NCBI GenBank assembly: GCA_038087875.1
Contig: CM075988.1
Span: forward strand, 25,298,001 to 25,362,000
Direction of reading: 5' to 3'
Length of the DNA stretch: 64,000 nt
Source of the DNA: Malacoraja senta
Lineage: Eukaryota
Part shown: positions 14,501-26,683 of the stretch, piece after piece
Position numbering within the stretch: the stretch's first letter is position 1
How the letters are laid out: each line of letters starts with the position of its first letter
The notes under the pieces: model-generated
Told to the model about the DNA's origin: nothing
What the model saw: the letters and a program-made list of their open reading frames with translations, nothing else
The model's database searches: none
Translations under genes and position numbers: made by a program

Positions 14501-14754
14501 TTTGTGAAAGAATGCTTGCAAAGAATAAACCTCAAATTATACTAGAATTTAATTAAACGTATACACAAATATGAATATACTTGTATTTTATGCAAGATAT
14601 TGTCTACTTCATACACTCCATTAACAGTGCAACAGTTACGGTATCTATTTCCATTGAACCATACCGCACTACTTGCCACCACCTCAAAACCTTTCATCCA
14701 AGAGCCATTTGATCCACACAGCGCAGAGCAAATCAAATATTAAAATCTCACCAG

Positions 14755-15020
14755 TTCCAGAGACCCAGTTTCAATCCTGACCATGGGTGCTGTCTGTACG
14801 GAGTTTGTTTGTTCTCCGTGTGAGCTACGTGGCTTTTCTCCGGGTGCTCCGGTTTCCTCCCACACTCAAAAGACCTAAAGGTTTGTATGCTAATTGACAT
14901 TGGTAAAATTGTAAGTTGTCCCTAGTGTGTGTAGGATAGTGTTAGTGTGCAGGGATCGCTGGTCAGCGTGGGCTTGGTGGGCCAAAGGGCCTGTTTAATG
15001 CTGTATCTCAAAACTAAACT
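14755..15020 (+). mobile_element. HE1/V-SINE-type tRNA-derived SINE
   Basis: B-box-like GTTTCAATCC, V-domain-like GGAGTTTG…TTCTCC…GGGTGCTCCGGTTTCCTCCCACA, LINE-like 3' end GGGCC.AAGGGCCTGTTT..TGCTGTATCTC with AACTA tail. Confidence 0.75.
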
Positions 15021-18000
15021 CAACTGCAAGATTTGAAAGTATAAGGTAGAAATCTATCCTCCCTCACCTGCAAAACACAATCTGCAGATGAAACAAGTCA
15101 TTATCTCCCAGCAAAATTAAATTAGAACATTTTTTCCTTCTGATCAGAAATGCCAATATCCAATACTGATGATGCAGATCACATCAAAGCTAAAGGTAAT
15201 ATGCACTGGTCTTAGAATTGCTATTTATCTTTGCTTTGGCTTTATCTTTGGACGGTCATTATAACATCAAATCACTAATGTCCACCAGGTTTAAATACAC
15301 TAGTTAGTGGAAATAGCTATTTTGAGAAACAATTAATTACTTTATGTTAACAATTGTTTTGAATTAATTTTCTTTGTTGGACAAAAAAAAGTAAATGCCA
15401 TAACATGATGTAGCAGAAAAAGACAGAATTTAGAAAGATGGCCAGAGCTCAGAGCAAAATCATAAGACTAGAGAAGCTTACAGAAACTGCAATGTCTTAA
15501 AATGTTTGTAAATGTAGGAAACTAAAAGAGGTTACAAAAACCCCACAGGTAACAGATACACCCATGTGGTGATTATACGGGGCTGGGCTCAGCAGGTTGA
15601 CAAACGAATGACGAAAATAGAGTCGGCGAGACGGGGAAGTATTCATTGCCACCGGCATCAAGATGGCCAGCAATAGAAGTAATAATGGACAGGCTGCAGG
15701 CGGAGTATGAACAAAGCTCAAGTAGAACATTAACGTTCCACATAAAAACAGTAAATGCTGAAAATATTCAGTAGGTCAGGCAGAGCTGTGGAGAGAGAAA
15801 CGGGTCAGGTGTTGCAAGTCAGTGACCTTTCACCAAACCTGGAAGAATATCATTGACCTGAAACACTAATTGTATCTCTCAACAAATGTTATTTGATCTG
15901 TCAATCCTTTCCAACATTTACCATTCTTATCACAAATTCCAGCAAGCTCCATTTTTACTTTTCACTCAAAACTGAACACCATTGGTATTGCTGAAGAAGT
16001 TACAGAGTACGGAAATTTAAATATTTACCCAACATATCTCCCAGTTTAAGCATCACTACGCTCCTCATAAATCACAGCAAGAATGGCAAAGGGAAAATCT
16101 GCATTATATCCATTCACTAATGTCCTTTGTCAAGAACAAAACATTCAAAACAAGATGGCAAATTTGATAGAATTGGGGATATTCATTTTATGAACATAAC
16201 CTAGTTTTAGAAAAAGCTAATTTTACTCGTAAAATCTGTGTCATGCTCATAATGTGTAAGGTAATATGGATCACGGGATATAATAAATAATAGGATGAGC
16301 TCTAAAAGTGGACAAAATTTTTGGTTGAACAAGAATGTGTGTCGTCATTCATTGTATTCGATGACACTTGCAGCAATGTTCAGGGTTCTAATGAAACCTC
16401 AAGATCAAAGTAAAACTCTGATAATCCAGCTTGCTAGGGATTGTGAGGCTGCTGGACATGCACATTTTCCTGATTAATGGATGTTAATTTTATTAATACC
16501 TCAACACATTTTGTTTAGATGTTACATAGTATTATAGTACATTTTTCTCAGTTAACCCAGTAAATTTAAAGCAAGTGCAGGAACTGGGATCTCAGTCAGT
16601 GGAAAGACAACACAGAACGGTCTCCAACTGAAACATCACCTATTCCTTCTCTCCAGAGATGCTGCCTGTCCCACTTAGTTACTCCAGCTTTTTGTGTCTA
16701 TCTACAGTTTAAACCAGCACCTGCAGTTCCTTCCTACACAGCAATGTTGTATGTTGGCAAGCCAGATGCTGAATCACTGACATTTCCAAATAGTTAGAAA
16801 GCAGAACATCTGCATTTTACCATACATTGAACATTCACATTGAAAATAAACTCGCAATGAATTTCTGATTACATGTTTGTATGTTCTTTGGTCATTTAAA
16901 TGGTCCTGTTAATGTACTTCCCGTTTCAAAAAAGTTGAGGAAAAATATAGCAATCAGTACTGGAAGTAGATTTCTGCATGGGGAATTTACAGTATCATGC
17001 AGTCACTGAAGTAAGAACTACAAAAAATCTAAATTAATTGCTTCAGAATGAAGGCGAAGTATCAAAAAGGCAATTATCCAAAACTAAAGACTTCAGTGGT
17101 AAAGACTAAAGACTATGATTGGTACTTCGAAGGTAGCCAAAAATGCTGGAGAGACTCAGCGGGTGAGGCAGCATCTATGGAGCGAAGGAAATTGGAATAT
17201 TTTCTTAAACATACGATTGGTACTTGGTAGATTTTATGCTATTCCACAAAATGCAAATAAAAAAAATCTAGTTTAATGCATGAAAAACTGTTAGATAATC
17301 AAATGCAGGTTGTTCTGCTAATAACTTGGAGCCAAAGGAAGGGTCAGAGGGAAGTGACAACAGCATAGAAGGATTATGATGCTGTGTTTCCTTCAATCAT
17401 GCCCAGAGGAGCATTTGGTGAAGAACAAGAGACTCACTATAGATTCCTGGGAATAAAAATGAAACTGTAACTGTGTGGGCACAGGATGGGAAACCATTAC
17501 TGGTGATTCTCTGCCTACCACCTGATCAATAAAAAAATAACGTGTGAAGACATGCAAGTGATATTTCTGGTTACATGAAGGAGATCTCTAGGATTTGCAT
17601 CTAAAGGCATGGCCACAGTGCTTACTTGCTTTATTTTCACAGATATTGAAAGTTCCTTTGAAACCTTCAGGGAATGAACCACAAAAACCATCTACAGTGC
17701 CCAGCAAATTAATAGCATGCATCTTAAACATCCCGCTGCTTAACCACCTTGGCCAATCAATCACTTAACACAGTAAATATCAATCATTCAATCTCATCTC
17801 CTAATCCTTTCAAATCCATCTGCTCTCTAACACATACACAGGGATGAAAATGAAATGCATTGTAGTAATTGTACGTATTGTACTTTCGAAGTAGACAGAA
17901 AATTGAACAAATCATTTGGAAATTGTGTCATTTAAATTATTCTGTAAAGCTTTCACATTGCATTCACTAAATTAATCTTATCCAATTTTTGATAAATCTA

Positions 18001-19372
18001 GCTCACCTCTCTACAATCCCATGTTGCCTCCACATTCTTCTTTATATTGGATATTCCTTCTTTAGAGTTTCCTGTAATGTTGCCCAATTCCCTTTGCCAT
18101 GATCCTGATTAATATAGAGATCACTAATTGCATTTAAATCATAAGAATTTGAATCATCCTCAACATCTTTTAGTGTTAATCAAACACCCAGAGTTGTTAA
18201 GACTAATGTCCAGTAGCAGGCAATAACAACAATGTTGCATCATAGGATTCCACCAGAAATTGTTCTGTTCCAGCATCCAGGGAGAGGAAGAGGAAGGAAA
18301 AAAGCGGTTGTCCTACCTGCCTGCCTGCATTTGGCCCATATATTGCTCTAAAACTTTACCATCCATATGCTTTCCTGAATGTCTTTTAATTGACCTGCAC
18401 ACCTTTTAAACTTTCCCCATTTGACCTCAAAGCTATGCCCGCTAGCTAGCTAGTCTTTGGCATTTCTATTGTGGGAGAAAGATTCTGACAGTGTACCCTA
18501 TCTATGGCCAACCAAAGTTTTTAATTTGGTTCTCTTGCACGGTATGCTGTTCTTTTATACATTGAAATTTACACAGCTTCTGTTGTCATTTATCACCTTT
18601 CTAAATTTAGCCCTTTTATAATCTGTAAATATAGCTACATTTTCAGCAAGTTCCTCCTCTCGTAGACATTGCCTGATGTTGTTGCATACCGCAAGAGGAG
18701 CCAAGGATAAAATGTTAAAACATGAAATAATCTCCCCCTCCTCCACCAGTCAAATGGCAAACTCCATTGATTTCACAAGTAACCCAGGCGATTTTAAAGA
18801 CCATGCAAAAAAGTCCAGAATTGGCTGGATTTCAATTCCTAATTTATATGAGCATTTCATTGCCAAATTTAAATGGATCATTTGCAGGTTTTCAACACCT
18901 ATGGAACAAACACCTTTAACTTGTCAAAAGGAAAAGTTACTTCAAATGCCATATATTGTATTCTAATTATTTAAGCCTTACCATTTGTTGCAGGTGTCAC
19001 TCCCTGGCACCAATAGCATAATTATGATGAATTTAAATACAGACATGGGAGGAAATCAATGTGGCCAGGGGGTGAATGTGCACTAGAGTTCAGGATTGAA
19101 CCCGAGTCACAAGGTCTGTGAATCAGCAGTTTAACTAGCTGCATCACTGTGCTGCCCCATCTTCATCAGACCTATGGTTTGTGCCAGTAACACCTACTAA
19201 CCTTGATTTCATGAACTTTCTCCATCTCATCATTAGCCAAAGTGTAAAAGCCTTTATAATGCCCTATTCTCCAACTAACATTCCTTAGTCTCCATCAAAT
19301 CTTGCAATTTTCTCTCCTGTTGTTACGTAACATTAAATTTCACTATTCTCAAAAGTACACAAAGAGTACTGT

Positions 19373-19589
19373 TTAAGAAGGAACTGCAGATGCTGGAAAA
19401 ATCGAAGGTAGACAAAAGTGCTGGAGAAACTCAGCGGGTGAGGCAGCATCTATGGAGCGAAGGAAATAGGCAACGTTTCGGGCCGAAACGTTGCCTATTT
19501 CCTTCGCTCCATAGATGCGAAACGTTCCTATTTCCTTCGCTCCATAGATGTTGCCTCACCCGCGGAGTTTCTCCAGCACTTTTGTCGAC
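19373..19589. mobile_element. Fold-back Penelope-type short element with internal duplication
   Basis: Palindrome centred on GGCAACGTTTCGGGCCGAAACGTTGCC; perfect 13 bp TSD CAAAGAGTACTGT (19360-19372, 19590-19602). Confidence 0.8.
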
Positions 19590-21222
19590 CAAAGAGTACT
19601 GTGCAAACAAACTGACATGCAAAATACATATGCAAATCTCTCCTGCAGCTTTCCCTCAAGGAAGCCACAAGTCCATATGTCGCAACCAATTTCAAACCGA
19701 GCTGGTGCTATAGTCAACACAAACAGATATCAAATTAGTTTCTGCTGTCTGAACATTCAGTGAAGACTGACAAATTAACATTGTTTATTACATGGTTAAA
19801 TAAACTGTTTTTTTCCTTGTCTCTCCCAACTTTAAAACATTTGGCAGAATTCCATCTTCACAAGGTACGAGGTATTCCCTCCCCAATCTCCCAAACACCT
19901 TACACTATATTCCTTCCATGCAAAGCAACTTAGAGAAGTAATTCTAGATTTTTTTTTTAAACTATAAATGTAACTTACATTTATCAAGTTTTTTTAAATA
20001 ATCATAACCCAAATAAAAACCAAGAGGGAAAACAGTGAGGATCAGGCCTCAATTCCAAGGTCAAAACCAGTTCCAGCCTAGTTCTCAGGCTGCGTTAAAA
20101 ATGAAAGAAATGAAACCTTTACAAATAGTGAAAATTTAAATTAAATCAAACTTTATTCCTCAAATCAGAATAGTTCAACACATGGGCAGCACGGTGGTGC
20201 AGTGGTAGAATCTACCCTTGCCTATGCCCCTCATCTTCCATCACATTGCTCCTTAACCTCCACGCTCCAAAAAATAAAACAATACAAGTTTGTCCAACCT
20301 CTCCATACAGATCTCTAGTTCAACAACATAATGGTGAAGCTCTCTGCATCGTCTCCAAGACATCCACATCTTTCCTGTAATACGGCTACCAGAACTGCAC
20401 ACAATACTCCAAATGTTGCTGAACAGTTTTATGCAGTCCAAATTTTGTACTCATTGCTTCAATCGATAAAGGCAAGTATACCATATGTCTTGTTTACTGC
20501 TCCATCTTGTGTTGCCACTCAGGGAGCCATGGACTTACTTCCCAAGATTCCACCATTCAATACTCCTCCGAGCCCTGTCATTTACTGTATACTTTCCACG
20601 TATATTTGACTTTCCAAACTGCAACATCTCAGACATACAGATTAAACTCCATTTGCTATTTCTCCACCCATATTTCCAACTCATCTGCACCCTTTGACAA
20701 TTTCCCTCCATTTCTCTGTCCATAACTCCACCAACTTTTGTACTGTCCGAAAACCTAAGGTTGTGCAAGATTCTATGGAGCAATTATATGGAGGATAAAA
20801 TGAAAGCAGTAAAATATTTATCAGTCCTGATGCCACCGGCTACTCCCAAAACAGAAAAATCACCAATCACTCCTGAATTACCTGTGCACAATAGAGACTA
20901 CGACTTCAATTAATTAATCAGTTTTCCACAACTGTCACGATAACAAGTACGACACAAGGAAACGTACAAACACGTTTGTAGTATTTTGTACTGTTCTGAT
21001 GACTTCTATATCCTGTGACAAAATGTACAAAGCAGCGGCAAAAATAAAGAGATATAGGTAGTAAAGTCGTACATATCAGGAAAGGATGAACAGTCACATT
21101 AAAAAAAATTAAAAGATTTCAATAGCATAAGCACAAAATGTTACTATTTGTGGGGAAAAGCAAGGCAGGAATAAAAATGGTACTAAAAAAGTACCGTGGG
21201 AAATTCAGAAGAATCTTCTTTA

Positions 21223-21460
21223 AGGGCCTGTCCCACTTTCACGACCTAATTCACGACCTTTTTTACTCGTGGACATTTTTCATCATGCTAGAAAAAACGC
21301 CCCGACCTACTTGATGCCACGAGTACCTACGACTAGCATCACTGCCTGCTACGACCTACCTACGACCTCCTATGACCTCGTGACGACCATGCTGCGAGTA
21401 CGAGTCAAGGGCAAACTCGGGAGAGGTCGTGAATTAGGTCGTGAAAGTGGGACAGGCCCT
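21223..21460. mobile_element. PIF/Harbinger-type MITE, 238 bp
   Basis: Perfect 37 bp TIR AGGGCCTGTCCCACTTTCACGACCTAATTCACGACCT; 3 bp TSD TTA; internal ACGAC repeats. Confidence 0.9.
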
Positions 21461-21814
21461 TTACCCAGAGGGATGAGAACTTAGAACGCAGCATTACAAG
21501 GAGTTGAGAAGGAAAATATAATGCAAGCAAAAGCACATGTAAAGGAGTACCCCAAGGGTTTTGAGATGCATTTGCTAAAGCTTACATAAGTTAGACATTC
21601 AGAGTTTATTTTCAATTACCATATAACCATTTCAAAAATACAGGTCAAGCTCAACAGAAGCCCCACTTCCCTTCATGTGCGTCACAGTAATCCTTACTGA
21701 AGTAATTACACAGCATTGCTAACCTAGCAAAATATTCCAATATTTTCATAACTGCAAAAGGAACTGGAGGTTAGATTTGGGAATCAGAGTATGTTTCAGC
21801 AGACATTTTTTTTA

Positions 21815-22745
21815 ACATAGAACAGTACAGCACAAGAACAGGCCCTTCAGCCCACAATGTCTGTGCTTCCATCACATATCTACCTGTGCATATCCCATAT
21901 CCCTCCATTCCCTTATTTACCACTCTACCTACTTGTGATGCCACTTTCAGGGAGTTGTGGACTTGGATCCCAAGATCCTCTTGCACGTCAATGCTGGTAA
22001 GAGTCATGCCATTAATTGTACATTTCTCCCATTACATTTGACCTCCCAAAGTTCAACATATCAGACATGCTTAGATTAAACTCCATCAGTCATTTCTCCG
22101 CCCATTTTTGTAACTGGTCAATATCCCACTGTATACTTTGACAGCCTTCATCGCAGTCTGTGACCTCAGCAATCTAGGTTTTATCTAAGAATTTAGTTTA
22201 GCTTAGTTTAGAGATACAGAATGAAAACAGGCCTTTCAGCCCACCAAGTCACGCCAACCAGCAATACCCATACACTGTAAACTCACTAACCAACCCATCC
22301 ACGTGTACATCTAAGTCATTTAAACCTCCAGCCTGAATATTGTCCTTCCACCACAACCCTCTGTTCTCTATCAGCAAAACAGTTCTGAATCCATCCAACC
22401 AAGTCACTATTAATCCAGTGCATTTTAGTCTTCTGTTTCAGCCTACTACAGGGAACTTTATCAAATGCCTTACTAAAATCCACGTAAACATCCACTGCCC
22501 TATCCTCATCAATCACCTTCATCACCTCCTCAAAAAACTCAATCACGTTGGTAAAATACGACCTGCCATGTACAAAGCCATGCTGACTGTCCCTAATTAA
22601 CCCATTCTCTTCCAAATGGAATTAAATCCCATCTCAAAGAATCCTCTCCAATAGTTTTCCAACCAGTAAGCGAGGCTCACCGACCTATAATTCCCTTCTT
22701 AAATAACGGAACAACAATAACAACTCTCCAGTCCTCCGGGACTTC
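21815..22745 (-). mobile_element. Degraded CR1 RT fragments with an inserted SINE tail
   Basis: SQHGFVHGRS…DFSKAFDKV…WIQN in ORF 22316-22615; further RT remnants toward 21815. Confidence 0.75.
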
Positions 22746-25336
22746 GTCAGTGACTCGAAGAGGTAGGGAAGTGTGAAAATAGTATTTAGGAATCATAGAT
22801 TAGCTTTTAGAGCTTCAACAAGAAGATTAAGACTGATCTCAACCAGTGGAAGGCAAAGATGAATTACATAGCTCAGAGGAACAGGGCAAGAGAGTGTGAC
22901 CAATGTGACAGAGATTATAGAGCAGGAAATAGAGTGGGAAGATGACATTGCAAACTGTGTAGAATTATTTAAGTGAAGTCCTTTATTTGAATAAAAGTTT
23001 TAAACAATAACAAATATCAAAGGAATGTGCATATTTTGAAATAACATTTGAATGATACAAATGTTCTTTTATCCCGAAACAGAACACATTTTATTAGAAC
23101 ATAAACATCAACATTACACTCTGATCAACCTCATCAAAACATATACAAAGTATTTATTAACATTAGGTTTTGGTAAAATAGAAATAGCTATCCAGACCCT
23201 GAGCTTAATCACAAACATTAACTTCTTGCTGCACTTATTTCTGGTTTCAAAATAATAAGGCAACAGGAAATGACTGATACCATATGGTGTTGAATTGAAA
23301 TGGGTTTTAATATCTCAGAGTTTTTGTTTAATGCATTTAATCGGCCTCAGGGTGTCAAAGGCAAAGCCAGCATTTATTCCCACCATCTAATTGCACTTGA
23401 GCTATCTCCTCAAACCGTGATTGTCCTTATGAAAGTACGCCGGTGGTGCTGTTGGAGAGGGAGATTCAGGATTTAGAATCAGCAAAATTATATTTTCATA
23501 TCAGGATGAATCTGAGGTGAATCTGCAAGTGGTGATGTTCCCACACGCCTGCTGCCCTTCTGTCAGAGTAGGGGACCTGGGTTTGGGAGGTACTCTTAGA
23601 AAAGCCTCGGTGAGTAACTGCAACATGCAAATCTTTCAAATGTCACATAGTCACAAATGGTAAGGAATTAGCATTTGGTGCAGGTGATGGGACTAATTCA
23701 TTGCCCAGGAAATGAACAACCCCATACTTCTGACCTTTTAATGGTAAATCAATCATTGATGAAGCAGTTGAAGATGTTTGGGCCTAAGGCAAGCTCAACA
23801 TTTAATATGTAACATAAGCAATGAAATCAAAGGTAGAAAATAAAGAAGGGTAACTGTATATTCTATATCAGACAGTTGTTGGTCTACAAGCACAGTGTCT
23901 TTCACTTCAGAAGAGTGCACAATAACCCAATACTATGCTACAAATAAGTCACTTTTGATCTGAAAATTCTATTATCTATTGATTGCAAATTTAACCATTT
24001 TATTTCTAGCAAGTGCAGAACTTCAATTTAGAGATCTGCCCCGGTCTTGATCCTAACAATTTTAACTATGAGAATTTCTCTTCCAGAGAGTTGACAGCTT
24101 GGTTTACTTGTACAGAATGGGCCTTAATATTCCACGCATCTTATACAGAGGTGTTAAGAAACTGACACAGTACAAAAATAAAACTGTTGCGAAATCTAAA
24201 CCATTTTTTTTAAAAAATAATTTCCTTTGCCATCCCTATTCTTCAAAATTACATGTACATTTTTTTAATATATATTCCACTGCAGTCGTTTTTTTGTTTT
24301 TTTAAAGGAAGTGTTGAAGTTTTATCAACCATGACAGGAAATTTATTGCACTCGTTAAGGGCACCATTGCATTGACAATACTCTAAATTTGCTTCTAAAC
24401 ATTTTTATTGTGCAATCATCAGAACAAAACAGGAGAATACGTTAGCAAACAGGATTTTGAAGCACAAGTGTGGATGTTTTGACGAAGGGTCTCTGAGCTG
24501 ACATGTTAACTGTTTTTCCTTCCACATATGCTGCCTGACATGCTGATTATTTTCTGTATTTTCTAAACATTTCCAACATCCAGTTTTTATTTTCATGATA
24601 ATCATTGGACACGGCTTTGCTTAACTGCTTCATTTGAGCGCATGTCCAATCGTAGTTTCGCATAAAGTCTCCGGTACTAAAATAGCCTATTTGGCCCAAC
24701 TGATCATTGTGCCATAAACAAATGAGACTGCTGAAGATTTGTGCACAAGATTCAGGCGTCTGCAGTCTCTTGTGCCTTATCTGTCATAAACAATGTTTTG
24801 TTATCATGCTTTTATTTAGATCTGGTAACGCGCATCAACAGAGATTACAACCCTCCGGGGTTAAAAAGATTAGTTGTAGAAATATATCAATGTGGCTTTT
24901 AAAACAACACCTGCAGCAGACCTTTATGAGTATCAGACATTTCCCACTGCCTTAGATTTTGCTCATGTAACAACATATTTCATTTTGCAATCTGGATTTA
25001 TCTCCAATGTTCTCCTGGGAGGGGGCAATGTCTTTCACTGACGGGCTGTTTGTTCTGTATTAGACAGAGCAGGTTTGAAGAGGTTGCTAACAACAAATAA
25101 AAAAAAAGGCTGCAGCATGAGGTGTGATGATGAAAAGAGGCAATACTCTGTATTATGATCAGGTCAAACAAGAGAGCCCGCAGCAGCCGTCTGTAGTCAC
25201 TCAGTAACTTCCGCGTGCAATTGGAGTTCATTATTTACAGAAACATAAATTTGCAGCAATTGTTTTTGACAGCAGTGTAAGTTATGAAGCGATGTGAAGT
25301 GACCAGAGGGTGAGGGGGGTGAGTGAGTGTCTGTAC

Positions 25337-25591
25337 CTGTCCCGTAAGGTCCACAAGATGCGGACTGTCGATGCTCCTGCGCCACCGATGCTGGTCCCTC
25401 TGGAGCGGCCCTTCCTCCGACAAACCAGCCGCCAAAGTCATCATCCCCCTGGCGTCCTGCGGGTCGGCCGCCAGTCCCTGGTCAACGTGCAGAGTCTGCG
25501 GCTTGAAGTAGGGCCGTCGAGCCGCGGCCAGGAGCAGCAGGGTATGCAGGAGGATCAAGCCCCAGCAGACGCCCGCACCGCCACCCGCCAT
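25337..25591 (-). CDS. SORL1: SORL1-family receptor, coding exon 1 (signal peptide, propeptide, furin site)
   Basis: AAGATGG start; hydrophobic signal peptide (WGLILLHTLLLLAAA); furin-type RWRR|S; ends ...DLTGQ at CAG|gtacag in phase 0 (human: RRKRS...KVYGQ|VSLND). 85 codons, in a CpG island. Confidence 0.9.
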
Positions 25592-25840
25592 CTTAGCCTG
25601 CGTTCTGTGTACAGTCAGCGGTGGATAGTATATGTCGGCGGGTGTATTTCTCAGCGCCTGCCCGCCCCTTTAATTGCGTGACGCCAGGGGCGGGGCGGGG
25701 CGTGGGCGCCGCTCCAAGATGATCCAGCGGTCGTGCGCGTCCCCGCGTGCGTGCGTGCGTTCTCGCGCCCGATTGAGCGCGCGCCGGTTCCAACGGTCGT
25801 GGGGGGTGGGTAGGGGGTTGGTGCGCCTGCGCGACGATCA
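25592..25840 (-). promoter_or_regulatory. CpG-island promoter / 5'UTR of the SORL1-like gene
   Basis: CpG-dense stretch directly upstream of the ATG, with tandem GC boxes (GGGGCGGGGCGGGG ~25687-25700), a CRE-like GTGACG (~25678) and an NRF1-like TGCGCCTGCGC (25822-25832). Confidence 0.75.
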
Positions 25841-25917
25841 GTTGTCCATCACAAGCACATTCACTCAACATTGCTCTCAAGTTTCTGGTGAGTTTCGTTG
25901 TCTGTCCAACTGCATTA

Positions 25918-26119
25918 TTGTGTGTGTGTATATATATGTATGTATGTATGTATACACATGTGTGTGTATATATATTTGTGTATATGTATATGTTATGTGT
26001 GTGTGTGTATATATATATATGTGTGTGTGTGTGGGTATATATGTGGGTATGCATATATATATGTAATACATATATTACATATGTATGTGTATATATATAT
26101 GTGTGTATATATATATGTA

Positions 26120-26150
<31 letters not shown>

Positions 26151-26185
26151 GTATGTATATATATGTGTGTGTGTGTATATATATA

Positions 26186-26216
<31 letters not shown>

Positions 26217-26583
26217 GTGTATATATATGTGTATATATATATGTGTATATATATATGTGTATATATATATATGTATATGTATGTGTGTATATATATATGT
26301 GTATATATGTATGTGTGTATATATATATGTGTATATATATATGTGTGTATATATATATGTATATATGTGTATATATATATGTGTGTATATATATATGTAT
26401 GTGTGTGTATATATATATATCTGTACGTATATATGTGTGTGTATATATATATATGTGTGTATATATATATATGTGTGTGTATATATATATATGTGTGTAT
26501 ATATATATATGTGTGTGTATATATATATGTGTGTGTATATATATATGTGTGTGTATATATATATATATGTGTGTGTGTATATA

Positions 26584-26640
<57 letters not shown>

Positions 26641-26683
26641 ATATATGTGTGTGTGTGTGCATATATGTGTGTGTAAGTATATA
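25918..26683. repeat. Expanded compound (TA)n/(TG)n microsatellite, ~770 bp
   Basis: Directly visible; source of the YI/VC/HT low-complexity ORFs. Same repeat type resumes at 31389-31482 and 32524-32620. Confidence 0.97.

Noticed and set aside
4088..19589. Palindromic repeats as CRISPR repeats, miRNA genes or MITEs
   Set aside because: Dispersed, no spacer array, eukaryotic context; long variable TSDs and asymmetric ends argue against MITEs; no known miRNA sequence.
25235..25336. ORF-track extension of SORL-like exon 1 to 118 aa
   Set aside because: Read-through into intron 1 past the CAG|gtacag donor; homology continues at exon 2 (899-1015).
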